Made by a program: the position numbers and the translations under genes | Shown: positions 32,333 to 42,300 of the stretch, piece by piece | How the letters are laid out: each line of letters begins with the position of its first letter | Position numbering within the stretch: the first letter of the stretch is position 1 | NCBI GenBank assembly: GCA_963663385.2 | Contig: CAXXXD010000004.1 | Coordinates: 1,088,001-1,152,000, forward strand | DNA from: Oceanispirochaeta sp. | Lineage (GTDB): Bacteria; Spirochaetota; Spirochaetia; DSM-2461 | Direction: 5' to 3' | DNA length: 64,000 nucleotides | The notes under the pieces: model-generated | The model's database searches: none | Told to the model about the DNA's origin: nothing | Seen by the model: the letters and a program-made list of their open reading frames with translations, nothing else

Positions 32333-32380
32333 TATACTATTCATATGTATAGTATATTGCTATAAAGAGGAAATTGTCAA
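32333..32380 (-). promoter_or_regulatory. umuDC promoter with overlapping palindromic operator (SOS-box-like)
   Basis: Minus-strand TTGACA (32380-32375), N18, TATACT (32356-32351). Palindrome TATACTAT-N8-ATAGTATA (32333-32356) overlaps the -10. Confidence 0.7.
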
Positions 32381-32404
32381 TTTGAATGAGCCCCTAAACC
32401 GCTA

Positions 32405-33004
32405 CTATTTGAAGCTGCTGAAGAGATCCTCCAGATCGACAGTGAATCCATCGAGAACCCGGGAACTGAGAATCCCTTTTTTATCCAGAATTTCTTCATC
32501 ATCATAGCGGTTGTTCGTTCCCCGGCGGAAAGCCAGTATGGCCCGGGCATTCGGATCGACCACCCAGTACTCCCGTACGCCGGAGCGTTCGTAGAGGCGG
32601 AATTTTTCATTCATATCTTTTTTTGATGTATAGGGGGAAAGAATCTCCACAATGAAATCGGGAGGCCCCATGCAGCCCTTGTCAATCAGTTTTTCCGGAT
32701 CGCAGATAACCGAAAGATCAGGCTGTACAACCGTATCGATTTCATCTTCTTTCTGATCCGGTTCCGCAGGGATAAAAACATCGAAAGGAGCAATGTAGGC
32801 TTCACAATCCCTTCCTTTCAGAAATGTTTTGAGTCGGGATCCGATTTCCAGTGCAATCCATTGATGAAAGCGCGAAGGAGCCGGGCTCATATTCCAGGCC
32901 ACTCCGTCTATCAGCTCCCAGCGTTCATTTTCGTGCCAGGTCCGGTAGTCGGCGTATGTATAAATCCGGTCCTGTTTCCGCAAAGCTTCCCCCATCGTCT
33001 TCAT
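32405..33004 (-). CDS. Uma2 (DUF820) PD-(D/E)xK family protein
   Basis: WELIDG...SPAPSRFHQ, VQPDL, PDFIVEILSP, YERSGVREYWVVDP. Confidence 0.9.
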   Translation of the reverse strand: MKTMGEALRKQDRIYTYADYRTWHENERWELIDGVAWNMSPAPSRFHQWIALEIGSRLKTFLKGRDCEAYIAPFDVFIPAEPDQKEDEIDTVVQPDLSVICDPEKLIDKGCMGPPDFIVEILSPYTSKKDMNEKFRLYERSGVREYWVVDPNARAILAFRRGTNNRYDDEEILDKKGILSSRVLDGFTVDLEDLFSSFK

Positions 33005-33109
33005 ACCTCCAGTATATTGCTCTACACCGGATTAATACAGAAAAGTTTCATCTACTGCTTCAATTAATATTATTTCTCACGCCATACTCCGAGCATAGCC
33101 GTATTGATT

Positions 33110-33127
33110 CCAAGCGGAGCCGAGGGG
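33110..33127 (-). repeat. Intergenic repeat family A (CCCCTCGRCYNCGCTYG), copy 1
   Basis: Minus strand CCCCTCGGCTCCGCTTGG immediately after the ppk2 stop codon. Confidence 0.6.
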
Positions 33128-33931
33128 TCAGTACCTGTCCGGCACAAATCTCTGATGTTCGATCGGGGGGCGGTCGTAGGTCCCTTCTGTCCGGGGAGGC
33201 AGAACGATATTCTCGGAAGGAACATCTCCGTAGGGGATCCGGGACAGAAGGTGGCTGATACAGTTAAGGCGGGCTTTTTTCTTGCTGTCCGCCGGAACTA
33301 CGTACCAGGGGGAATCATCTATATCGCAGTGTTTGAACATTTCATCCTTGGCCCTGGAGTAGTCCTCCCAGCGTTCCCGGGATTTCAAATCCATAGGGCT
33401 CAGCTTCCAGCGTTTGGTCGGGTCGTCTATACGGCTCCGGAAACGTTTCTCCTGCTCTTCATCGGAGACGGAAAACCAGTACTTTACCAGGATAATCCCG
33501 GAGCGGATCAGCATCTTTTCGAATTCGGGGCAGGAGCGGTAGAACTCTTCCCACTGATCAGGGGAGGTAAAACCCATAACCCTGTCGACGCCCACGCAGT
33601 TGTACCAGCTCCGGTCAAAAAGGACCATCTCTCCCGCAGCGGGGAGGTAGGGGACATAGCGCTGAAAGTACCACTGACTCTCCTCCCTCTCGGAGGGCTT
33701 TCCCAAAGCGGCTACATGGCAGACACGCGGATTCATGGATCCGGTGATCCTTTTAATGGCGCCGCCCTTACCGGCGGCATCCCTGCCTTCGAAAAGGACA
33801 ACGACTTTCAGCCTCCTGAATTTGATCCACTCCTGAAGCTTTACCAGTTCTATCTGCAGCCTGGCCAGTTCTTTTTCGTATTTCTTCCGGGATAGTTTCT
33901 TTGTTTCGCCTGAGGCATTGTTCCGGTCCAT
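33128..33931 (-). CDS. ppk2: Polyphosphate kinase 2
   Basis: FEGRDAAGKGG, WYFQRY, FDRSWYN, WKLSPMD. ATG at 33931 follows AAAGGAG. Confidence 0.95.
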   Translation of the reverse strand: MDRNNASGETKKLSRKKYEKELARLQIELVKLQEWIKFRRLKVVVLFEGRDAAGKGGAIKRITGSMNPRVCHVAALGKPSEREESQWYFQRYVPYLPAAGEMVLFDRSWYNCVGVDRVMGFTSPDQWEEFYRSCPEFEKMLIRSGIILVKYWFSVSDEEQEKRFRSRIDDPTKRWKLSPMDLKSRERWEDYSRAKDEMFKHCDIDDSPWYVVPADSKKKARLNCISHLLSRIPYGDVPSENIVLPPRTEGTYDRPPIEHQRFVPDRY

Positions 33932-34054
33932 TTGCGGGGCTCCTTTAATACCATCATATACCATATTCTGCCTGGCCGCAGAGTTTTTAACTGCCTGTCT
34001 GCATTTCTCCGGGATTTCAGAAGCGGCCGGACTGTTCATTTTATTCAGTCGTTA

Positions 34055-34585
34055 TCAGGGGGGCGTAACCATATCCTCTTCCAGATAACGGTTCACCTCC
34101 TGTGAAGAGGCGGCGATGGGGCCGCTGACGAGGACAGGGGGCTCCTGTATCTTCTCGGCGTTCATCATGGTTGCCAGACGCTGAAGAGAGGCAAGGAGCA
34201 TATTTTTTTCCCAGTTTTCCAGCTTGTCGAATTCATCGACAAACTCCTCCTGCAGAAGGGAGGGATTGGTCTCAAGGATGGTTTCCGCCTTTTCTGTCAG
34301 GTAGATATTTACCTTCCGTTTATCCTTGTCGCTGCGGTGCCGGCGGGCAAAACCCTGCTGCTCCAGGCGGTCCAGTATGCTGGTTACAGTTGCCTGTGAA
34401 AGGCTTACCTGACGGGATATTTCGGATATGGGTTTATCCGCTGATTTCCGGATCTCTTTCAGAACAATAAGCTGGGGACCGGTCAGACCGTATCGCTTGG
34501 TCAGTTTTTTGGACTGCAGATCAATGGCTCGTATTATCTGTCTTAAGGTGGAGACTACCTCTTCCGCCGTTTCATGCTGATCCAT
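34055..34585 (-). CDS. MarR-family regulator (EctR/CosR-like)
   Basis: LRQIIRAIDLQSKKL...GLTGPQL, SLSQATVTSILDRLE, DKR. Divergent from an osmolyte transporter. Confidence 0.85.
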   Translation of the reverse strand: MDQHETAEEVVSTLRQIIRAIDLQSKKLTKRYGLTGPQLIVLKEIRKSADKPISEISRQVSLSQATVTSILDRLEQQGFARRHRSDKDKRKVNIYLTEKAETILETNPSLLQEEFVDEFDKLENWEKNMLLASLQRLATMMNAEKIQEPPVLVSGPIAASSQEVNRYLEEDMVTPP

Positions 34586-34790
34586 TAAGACCTCTTTCTA
34601 TAGGAATTAGGAGTACAATATCACCTTTATCAATAAATTGTAAAGAATGCTAATGGTTATAATACTAAATATTTGTACTGGAACTTCTGTGAAGGCTTTA
34701 AGTGCTTTGAATGCCTCTTGGAATAGATTCTTTTGGCAATAATTCTTTGCTTTTAATGTTTTGATACAGTGATTTGATCCTGACAGGGGT

Positions 34791-34828
34791 TTGACATTAT
34801 TCGATATTGTCTTTAGAGTGCTAAATAA
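34791..34828 (+). promoter_or_regulatory. proXVW promoter with candidate MarR/EctR operator
   Basis: TTGACA (34791), N17, TAGAGT (34814). Palindrome TTTAG-AGTG-CTAAA (34812-34825) covers the -10. Confidence 0.6.
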
Positions 34829-34853
34829 ATATACTATTTTAAATGAGGTTAAT

Positions 34854-35804
34854 ATGCGGAAAATAACTCTATTTCTTATGATTGCAACAATATTTATTCC
34901 CCTCTCTCTGACTGCAGAAGGTCAGCAGGATAGCGGAGTCAAAACAATTGTGTTCGGGGATGTCTCCTGGGACAGTGTTCAGGTGCATAACCGGATAATG
35001 GGTTTTATTATTGAAAACGGTCTGGATGGGTATAAAGCGGATTATATAGCAGGCGATACTGTTCCTGTTATCAATGGGGTCATCCAGGGAGATATTGATG
35101 TGGATATGGAATCCTGGCATCAGAATGTTCCTGAAATCTACAAAAAAGGAATCGATTCCGGTAATATGGTCAATCTGGGAAAGAACCTTCCCGACGGTCC
35201 CCAGGGCTGGTGGGTTCCCCGCTATCTGGTGGAAGGCCCCGGTGCCCAGGCGCCTGATCTGAAATCTGTTGATGACCTTCATCAGTATGCTCACCTTTTT
35301 AAAGATCCTGAAGATCCCTCCAAAGGTGTTATCTATGCTGGTGTGGCCGGTTGGGGTCAGCTGACCACATCAGAAGAGTATTTTGATAAATACAATCTGC
35401 ATGATGATTTTAATATGGGTGTCGCCGGATCCGGAGCAGCTCTTGCGGGTACTATGGTGGGTGCTTATAAAAAGGGTGAGCCCTGGGTCGGTTACTACTG
35501 GGCTCCCACAGCGGTTATGGGAAAACTGGATATGGTCCGCCTGAAAGGAAGTGAGTATCCTGCGGCGGATATTGATATCCTTGTTAACAGCTCCATGCTG
35601 GAAGAAGCTCCCGAAGTTGTGGAGATTCTGAAGAGATATTCAACAACCGTAGAAGACAACAATGAGTTCCTGTCCGAGATGGATACAAATGGCTGGGATG
35701 CGGTACAGACTGCCGAATGGTTTCTGAAAAACAAGGAATCCGTCTGGACGCAGTGGGTTTCCTCCGATGTAGCCGCCAAAGTTAAATCTGCAGTCAAAGG
35801 ATAA
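34854..35804 (+). CDS. proX: Glycine betaine/proline ABC transporter substrate-binding protein
   Basis: Signal peptide from MRKITL; WDS, GDIDVDMESW, GYYWAP; first gene before proV and proW. Confidence 0.85.
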   Translation: MRKITLFLMIATIFIPLSLTAEGQQDSGVKTIVFGDVSWDSVQVHNRIMGFIIENGLDGYKADYIAGDTVPVINGVIQGDIDVDMESWHQNVPEIYKKGIDSGNMVNLGKNLPDGPQGWWVPRYLVEGPGAQAPDLKSVDDLHQYAHLFKDPEDPSKGVIYAGVAGWGQLTTSEEYFDKYNLHDDFNMGVAGSGAALAGTMVGAYKKGEPWVGYYWAPTAVMGKLDMVRLKGSEYPAADIDILVNSSMLEEAPEVVEILKRYSTTVEDNNEFLSEMDTNGWDAVQTAEWFLKNKESVWTQWVSSDVAAKVKSAVKG

Positions 35805-35807
35805 TTC

Positions 35808-37070
35808 ATGCCAGAAAAGATCTTGGAAAATAGTCCCTCCGGGGACCTTCCCGAGGCTGAAGACAAGCCTCAGATTGTCATAAAGGATCTCTGGAAAATC
35901 TTTGGACGGGATCCGAAACGGATTCTGAAAAAGGAATTCAGGAATCTGGGAAAAGAGGAGATCCAGGAGAAAACCGGCTGTATTGTGGGTATGCGCAATA
36001 TCAATCTTAGCATCGAGAAGGGTCAGTTCTATATTCTTATGGGGCTGTCCGGCAGCGGCAAATCCACTCTGGTGAGGAATCTGATCCGTCTGGTGAATCC
36101 CACCAGCGGAACCATTACCGTAAACGGTGAAAATATCACGAAAATGAGCCATGAACAGCTCCTCCAGTTCCGCCGGAAGACCTTCGGCATGGTTTTTCAG
36201 CACTACGGCCTGTTGCCCCATCTTACTGTTCTGGATAATGCCGCCTATGGTTTGAAGGTCCGGGGTGTTCCCAGGGGCGAGCGTTATGCCAAAGCCATGC
36301 GAACCCTGGAGACAGTGGGGCTGAAGGGCTGGGAGGACTATTATCCAGGTTCGCTCTCCGGCGGTATGCAGCAGCGGGTCGGACTGGCCCGTGCTCTGGC
36401 AAATGAACCGGAAATCCTGCTGATGGATGAACCCTTCAGCGGTCTGGATCCTCTTATCCGCAGACAGATGCAGGACGAGCTGGTGGAACTGCAGGAGACC
36501 CTGCGGAAAACCATCATCTTTGTTACCCACGATCTGCATGAAGCCCTGAAACTGGGCGACCGAATCGCTATCATGCGGAACGGTGAGGTTGTTCAGGAAG
36601 GGACTCCCGAAGAGATTGTCACCCGGCCGGCGGATGATTATGTTCAGGAATTTGTCAGGGACGCATCTCCTGCCAAGGTTCTTACAGCAGGAACCATTAT
36701 GGAGGAACCTCAGGTGCTGCTGTATGAATGGGAAGGTCCAAAGACAGCCCTTACCCTTCTGCACTCCAACAAGAGAAAATCGGCTTTTGTTATAAATAAA
36801 AGCAGAAAACTGCTGGGAGTGGCTACAGATAAAAACCTTGAAAAACTGCTGAATACGGATAACCGCCCCAGGGGAATCCCCCTCGAGTATATCAAACAGG
36901 TTTCAACTGTAACAGAAGATACCATCCTGGAAGATCTGTTTCCTATTGTTTCCGAAAACCCCTATCCCATTCCAGTAGTGGATAAAGAGGGCCGTTTTAA
37001 AGGAAAGGTTACGACCGACCAGATTTTTGAATCCATTTCACCAGTTGAGGAAGGAGAGGATGATGATTGA
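35808..37070 (+). CDS. proV: Glycine betaine ABC transporter ATPase with CBS domains
   Basis: MGLSGSGKST, LSGGMQQRVGLARALA, LMDEPFSGLDPLIR and a C-terminal CBS pair. Confidence 0.93.
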   Translation: MPEKILENSPSGDLPEAEDKPQIVIKDLWKIFGRDPKRILKKEFRNLGKEEIQEKTGCIVGMRNINLSIEKGQFYILMGLSGSGKSTLVRNLIRLVNPTSGTITVNGENITKMSHEQLLQFRRKTFGMVFQHYGLLPHLTVLDNAAYGLKVRGVPRGERYAKAMRTLETVGLKGWEDYYPGSLSGGMQQRVGLARALANEPEILLMDEPFSGLDPLIRRQMQDELVELQETLRKTIIFVTHDLHEALKLGDRIAIMRNGEVVQEGTPEEIVTRPADDYVQEFVRDASPAKVLTAGTIMEEPQVLLYEWEGPKTALTLLHSNKRKSAFVINKSRKLLGVATDKNLEKLLNTDNRPRGIPLEYIKQVSTVTEDTILEDLFPIVSENPYPIPVVDKEGRFKGKVTTDQIFESISPVEEGEDDD

Positions 37071-37908
37071 TTTTCCTGATATTGTAGGTATTCCTCTGGC
37101 AAAATGGGTTGATACCATTATGGATTGGCTGCTGACTCACCTGGATGGTTTTTTTGATGCCATCGGTTTTGTTATTCTGCAGGTTGTCAACGGATTTGAG
37201 GCGCTGTTTCTCCTTGTTCCCTGGTTTGTTATGATTCCTCTGGTCGGTCTGGCCGGCTGGAAGCTGATCGGGAGGTGGAAAACCGGTGCGGTTTTTATGA
37301 TTCTCATGTTTATGATAGGTACATTCGGATACTGGGAACTGGCGATGAGGACATTGAGTCTTGTTATTGCTTCGGTTTTCTTTTCTCTTCTGATCGGTAT
37401 CCCCACAGGGATTAATATGGCCAGAAACGACAGGACTGAAACAATTCTGAAGCCTATGCTGGATATGATGCAGACCATGCCCAGTTTTGTTTATCTGATC
37501 CCCGCCCTGATGTTCTTCGGAATGGGAAAAGTTCCGGCCATGTTCGCTACCATCATATATGCTGTCCCGCCGGTTATAAGACTGACCAATGTGGGGATAC
37601 GTACGGTTGATGTAGAGGCTGTCGAAGCTTCCAAGGCTTTCGGGGCCACACCCCGGCAGGTTCTGTTCGATGTACAGCTTCCCCTGGCGAAACCTTCCAT
37701 TATGGTGGGAATCAACCAGACAACCATGATGGCTCTGGCCATGGTGGTAATCGGTTCCATGATCGGCGCCAAAGGACTCGGTATGGAAGTGCTTCTGGCT
37801 ATCAGCCGGATTGAGGTGGGCCGCGGATTTGAGGCGGGGCTGTCCATTGTATTCCTGGCTATCATAATCGACCGGATTACCTTCTCTTTTTCAGAGCACA
37901 GCAAATAA
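37060..37908 (+). CDS. proW: Glycine betaine ABC transporter permease
   Basis: LDMMQTMPSFVYLIP, PPVIRLT, VQLPLAKPSIMVGINQT. Confidence 0.93.
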   Translation: MMIDFPDIVGIPLAKWVDTIMDWLLTHLDGFFDAIGFVILQVVNGFEALFLLVPWFVMIPLVGLAGWKLIGRWKTGAVFMILMFMIGTFGYWELAMRTLSLVIASVFFSLLIGIPTGINMARNDRTETILKPMLDMMQTMPSFVYLIPALMFFGMGKVPAMFATIIYAVPPVIRLTNVGIRTVDVEAVEASKAFGATPRQVLFDVQLPLAKPSIMVGINQTTMMALAMVVIGSMIGAKGLGMEVLLAISRIEVGRGFEAGLSIVFLAIIIDRITFSFSEHSK

Positions 37909-37917
37909 TATAAGACT

Positions 37918-37986
37918 CCCTCTCCCCCCCCTCGGCTTCGCTTGCCGCGGGAGAGGGCGGCATATTTCTCCCCTCCGGGGGAGGGA
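37918..37986. repeat. Composite intergenic element: family A copy inside a hairpin plus a family B copy
   Basis: CCCTCTCCC...CCCCTCGGCTTCGCTTG (37928-37944)...GGGAGAGGG, followed by CCCCTCC-GGG-GGAGGG (37970-37985). Confidence 0.6.
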
Positions 37987-38021
37987 ATGACAAAATCCGT
38001 CTTACTCACTACAATAGCCTG

Positions 38022-39383
38022 ATGCGCCTTTTATCACCCCGGCAGAATGACACGCTCAAACCTCTGGTTGTTATAGCCCTGCCGGTTATGATGACCAATA
38101 TGGTGGAAACCCTCTATAATCTGACGGACACCTGGTTTCTGGGACGTCTGGGGCCTGAAGAGCTGGCGGCTCCCTCCATCTCTTTTAATCTGGTAATGCT
38201 GATTATCCTTCTGGGGAATGGTCTGGCTTCGGCGGGGACGACCCTGATCGCCCGTTCTGTGGGGCAGAATAACAGGGAGAAGGTTGATTTTTACCTGGGG
38301 CAGATGACCATGTTTCTTCTGTTGAGTTCCCTTATCATGGGAGCAGTCGGTTATTTCTTTTCCGGAACCTTTCTCTCCCTGATTCATACACCGGAAAATA
38401 TGATCGGAATGACCCGGAACTACATCGAAATCATAAGTCTGGGCGTTCCCTTTATGTATGGTTTTTTTATCCTTCAGGCTGCCATGCAGGGGACGGGGAA
38501 TACCATGGTGGCTCTGCGGATACAGCTGACGGCCACAGCCGTGAATATTCCTCTGGATGCACTTCTTATATTCGGTTCTGGTCCGCTGCCGGGAATGGGG
38601 GTGGAAGGCGCAGCCATTGCAACGGTTGTATCCCGGGGGATTGCCTGTTTTTCCGGAATCATTATACTGGTCCGCGGGAACAGGGGAATGAAGCTGAAAA
38701 AGAAGAACCTTCCTTTTCGAAGGGATGCTGTTTCTCTTTTTCTCAGGCTGGGACTGCCCGCCGCATTGAGTCATGCCGGTTCCACACTGGGATTTACCGT
38801 AATGCATGGTATCGTCAATACATTCGGTACGGCGGTAATTGCGGCATTCGGGATTGTAAACAGGGTGCACTCAATCTTCTATATGCCTATTCAGGGCCTG
38901 GCTAAGGGCGTTACAACCGTAGTGGGCCAGTCTCTGGGAGCAAAAGAAGAGAGTCAGGCGGGAAAGGCTATTTCCACAGGAACCCTGCTGGCTTTTCTTC
39001 TAATAACCCCCGGAATGATTCTGACCTTTTTCTTCGGCGGGAATTTTATCCGTTTCTTTCTGGATTCCCCCGAAGCCATAGCAGAAGGAACAAGGCTTTT
39101 CCGGATAATATCGCCATCGGTGGTCATTTTTGCTATCTTTATGATATACGTAGGGGCCTTTCAGGGAGCCGGGGATACCCGTTCCATTATGATCATGCAC
39201 CTCGGGCGGCTCTGGGGTATCCGCCTGCCTGTAGCCTGGCTTCTGGCGGTCCGCCTGGATCAGGGGGCTCCGGGTGTCTGGTATGCCATGTTTATTTCCA
39301 ATATGCTGATTACCCTGATCGGGTATCTGCGTTATAAAAGCAATAACTGGGTGAATGCCCTGAAAGATGTAAAGGACGAATAG
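38022..39383 (+). CDS. MATE family efflux transporter
   Basis: YNLTDTWFLGRLG, QGTGNT, NIPLDALLIFG...GVEGAAIAT, FQGAGDT; about 12 TM segments. Confidence 0.92.
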   Translation: MRLLSPRQNDTLKPLVVIALPVMMTNMVETLYNLTDTWFLGRLGPEELAAPSISFNLVMLIILLGNGLASAGTTLIARSVGQNNREKVDFYLGQMTMFLLLSSLIMGAVGYFFSGTFLSLIHTPENMIGMTRNYIEIISLGVPFMYGFFILQAAMQGTGNTMVALRIQLTATAVNIPLDALLIFGSGPLPGMGVEGAAIATVVSRGIACFSGIIILVRGNRGMKLKKKNLPFRRDAVSLFLRLGLPAALSHAGSTLGFTVMHGIVNTFGTAVIAAFGIVNRVHSIFYMPIQGLAKGVTTVVGQSLGAKEESQAGKAISTGTLLAFLLITPGMILTFFFGGNFIRFFLDSPEAIAEGTRLFRIISPSVVIFAIFMIYVGAFQGAGDTRSIMIMHLGRLWGIRLPVAWLLAVRLDQGAPGVWYAMFISNMLITLIGYLRYKSNNWVNALKDVKDE

Positions 39384-39394
39384 GAACTGTATTT

Positions 39395-42300
39395 GTGAGA
39401 ATCCTCCCGGATGAAATATCAGAGAATAGAATATTCCAGTCTCATCTTCCCGAAGCCAGGGCTTTTACGCGTGAGAACCGGGTTTATAATCTGAAACAGA
39501 CCGATACGGAACTGAAGGGTTTTGTACTGGGGGGGGAGCCCATGCCTCATGAGGTCCTGCTCCGTTACAGACCGGAACCGGAGGGAAAGGGACAGTATCT
39601 GTGGCGTTGTGAGTGCGGCAGTGAAGACCCCTGTGTGCATCTGGCTTCTCTTATCCTCCGTTCCGCGGATCTGGGACTGGATAAGGAGCACTGGCTTTCC
39701 CTGCTGGAAAACCGGATCAGCAGCGCCGTGCCCGCAGCTTTTCCTGTTGACGACGGGGAAGGGCTCTCTCTTTTCTCAGGCGACCTTTTTTCCGGGGGCT
39801 CACAGGATCGGAAACAGAATACAGTTTCGGCGGCTGTTCGGGAAGCTCCTGCGGATCATAGTGATATTCCGCTCTTTATGAACCTGGGAGAGGACGATTT
39901 CCTTCTTCAGCAGGAAGCGCCCCGTTACGATCTGGTCTTTACCCTGACTGAATCTCCGGGAGAAGGAATCCTTGTCCGTCCGGCGCTGATACGGCTTCGT
40001 GAAGGCGTACGCAGCGGGGGAATCGCACGGTACAAAGCCTCCCGTCCGGTTTCACCCCCTGCGGGAGCAGCTCTTAAACTGCTTAATCTTCTGACAGAAG
40101 AGGAGAACGACTCTCTTCCTCTGGAGAAGTGCCTCCCCCTGGTATTGGAGCAGGGAGAGCTGTTTACCACGGCTAAAGACGGAGTCTCTGTTTTTCATGC
40201 GGATTCTGTGGAGGTGGTATTCCGTTTTCAGGAACTGCTGGGAGATGACCGCCCCCTGTATGCCCCCGAGTTCCGTTTTACGGGAGGGGCTCCGGAGGAT
40301 GAGACCCGGGACGGGCTTAAGGATACTTTTGTTCTGCGGGATTACAGGAAGCTGATTATACGCAGCGGCCGGGTGTTCTGTCTGGATCAGCGGGAAGGGC
40401 GTCTTATTGTATTGAAAGAGGATTCGAATACCTCTTTTTTTCTGAACCTTCTTCTTTCAAAAAGTCAGGGATTTCTGGCGGCGGATATCAGGGGAGTGCT
40501 CCGTCTGGCAAAGGACCTGAACAATCACTGCCTTATTCTGAATGAAAACTACCCGCCCGTTTCAATCCGGAGGGCCGAACCGGCCTGTGTGTTGAAGCTG
40601 CGGAGCCGCCAGGATAAAACAGAGCTCTTTTTCTTTTTCCGTTATGGCAGTACGGATATCGCCTACCAGAATCAGACATTCTGGCTTCCTCCGGAAGCCC
40701 CCGACAGCGCCGGGGTTCTTCTGATACAGAAACGGAACAGGGAGAGGGAATCCGAACTGGTTCAGGAGGTAGTGGAGCGTTTTACCGATTACCTTTCATT
40801 TGAAAAGGGGTACTATGCCCGTCTGGTTAATGAGAACAGGGAAGGGGACCTTCGTCTGGATCTCTCTCTGGAGGAATTCCTGGCCTGTTACGCGAAATCC
40901 CTCCATGAGGCGGGAGTGGAGCTTCAGCTTGAGGACCGGAAAATCAGCGGCGCCGGGGCTGTCCGTTTCAATGTCAAGGGAAAAACCGACTGGCTGGAAG
41001 TGGATGCCATGGTGGAAGACCCCGATACGGAGGAACTGCGGTCTCTCTTTTTTGATGATCATTTTCAGACGCTCGGTCTGATCAGTACGGGAAACTCCTA
41101 TATTAAACTGAAGGATGCCCAGTTACGGCAGCTTGAATACCTGCGCCGTCAGGGGATGAGCGATGACGGTCAGCTGGAAACCTCTTCTGCCAATTTTTCA
41201 CTGGTGGACCATATTTACGAACAGGTTATGGACCGGGAGGACTCTCCGGTAGAGGATGTTGTCTCCCGGGCCCGGGATCTCAGGCTTACATTTGAACAGG
41301 ATCTGCTCCCTCAGCCTGAAACGGTACAGGCGACCCTCAGGCCCTATCAGCTGACAGGGTATAACTGGCTGAGGAAACTGCATGATATGAACTGTATGGG
41401 GTGTCTGGCAGACGATATGGGGCTGGGGAAGACCCTTCAGACCCTGAGCCTGCTTCAGTCTCTCAAAGAGAAAGGGGGACTGAAAACCTCTCTGCTGGTG
41501 GCGCCTGTTGTAACCCTGGCGAACTGGGAGAGTGAAATCGCCAGGTTTACACCGGATCTGGGATTCTACCGCCATGCCGGATCAAACCGCCATGATTCTG
41601 CCGAACTTTTCAGGCAGTACGACCTGGTAATCGTCAGTTATCATACACTCCGGAATGATGTGGATATCTTTCTGGATATGGCTTTTGACTATATTATTCT
41701 GGATGAAGCACACTATATAAAAAATGCTTCCTCTGTGATTTTCAAGGCCATCAGGTCTCTTAAGAGCAGCCATCGTCTCTCCCTGACGGGGACCCCTATC
41801 GAAAACAATACCCTGGAACTCTGGTCGCAGTTCAACTTTCTCAGTCCCGGCCTGCTGGGATCTCAGAAGGAGTTTATAGAACGTTTTGCCCAGCCCATTG
41901 AAAAGAAAAATGATAAAGAAGCCCTCAGTATCCTGCGGGATACGGTTTCTCCCTTTATCCTGAGGCGGAAAAAAGAGGATGTGCTGGATGATCTGCCTCC
42001 CAAGGAAATTATTGTCCACTACAGTGAGATGACCGGTTCGCAGGCTGAACTCTACCATAAGTACCGGGATTACTACCGGGCCCGGGTTAAGGGGCTGCTG
42101 GATGAAAAGGGGCTGGCCGGTTCCTCCATGCAGATCTTTCAGTTTCTGCTGAAGCTGCGGCAGCTGGCCATCTATCCTCCCATGACCGGTCCGGAAGGGG
42201 CCGATGCCGGTTCCTGCAAGATGGATGCCCTTAAAGCTCTGCTGGAGGAAGTTCTGGAAGAGGATCATAAAATCCTGATATTCTCCCAGTTTCTGGGTTC

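Noticed and set aside
30558..33004. umuDC + Uma2 as part of a prophage or ICE
   Set aside because: No integrase, phage, conjugation genes or att repeats in the flanks.
33104..33895. 263-aa ORF antisense to ppk2
   Set aside because: Antisense shadow with no independent evidence.
35640..36764. 374-aa ORF antisense to proV
   Set aside because: Typical antisense frame of an ABC ATPase gene.
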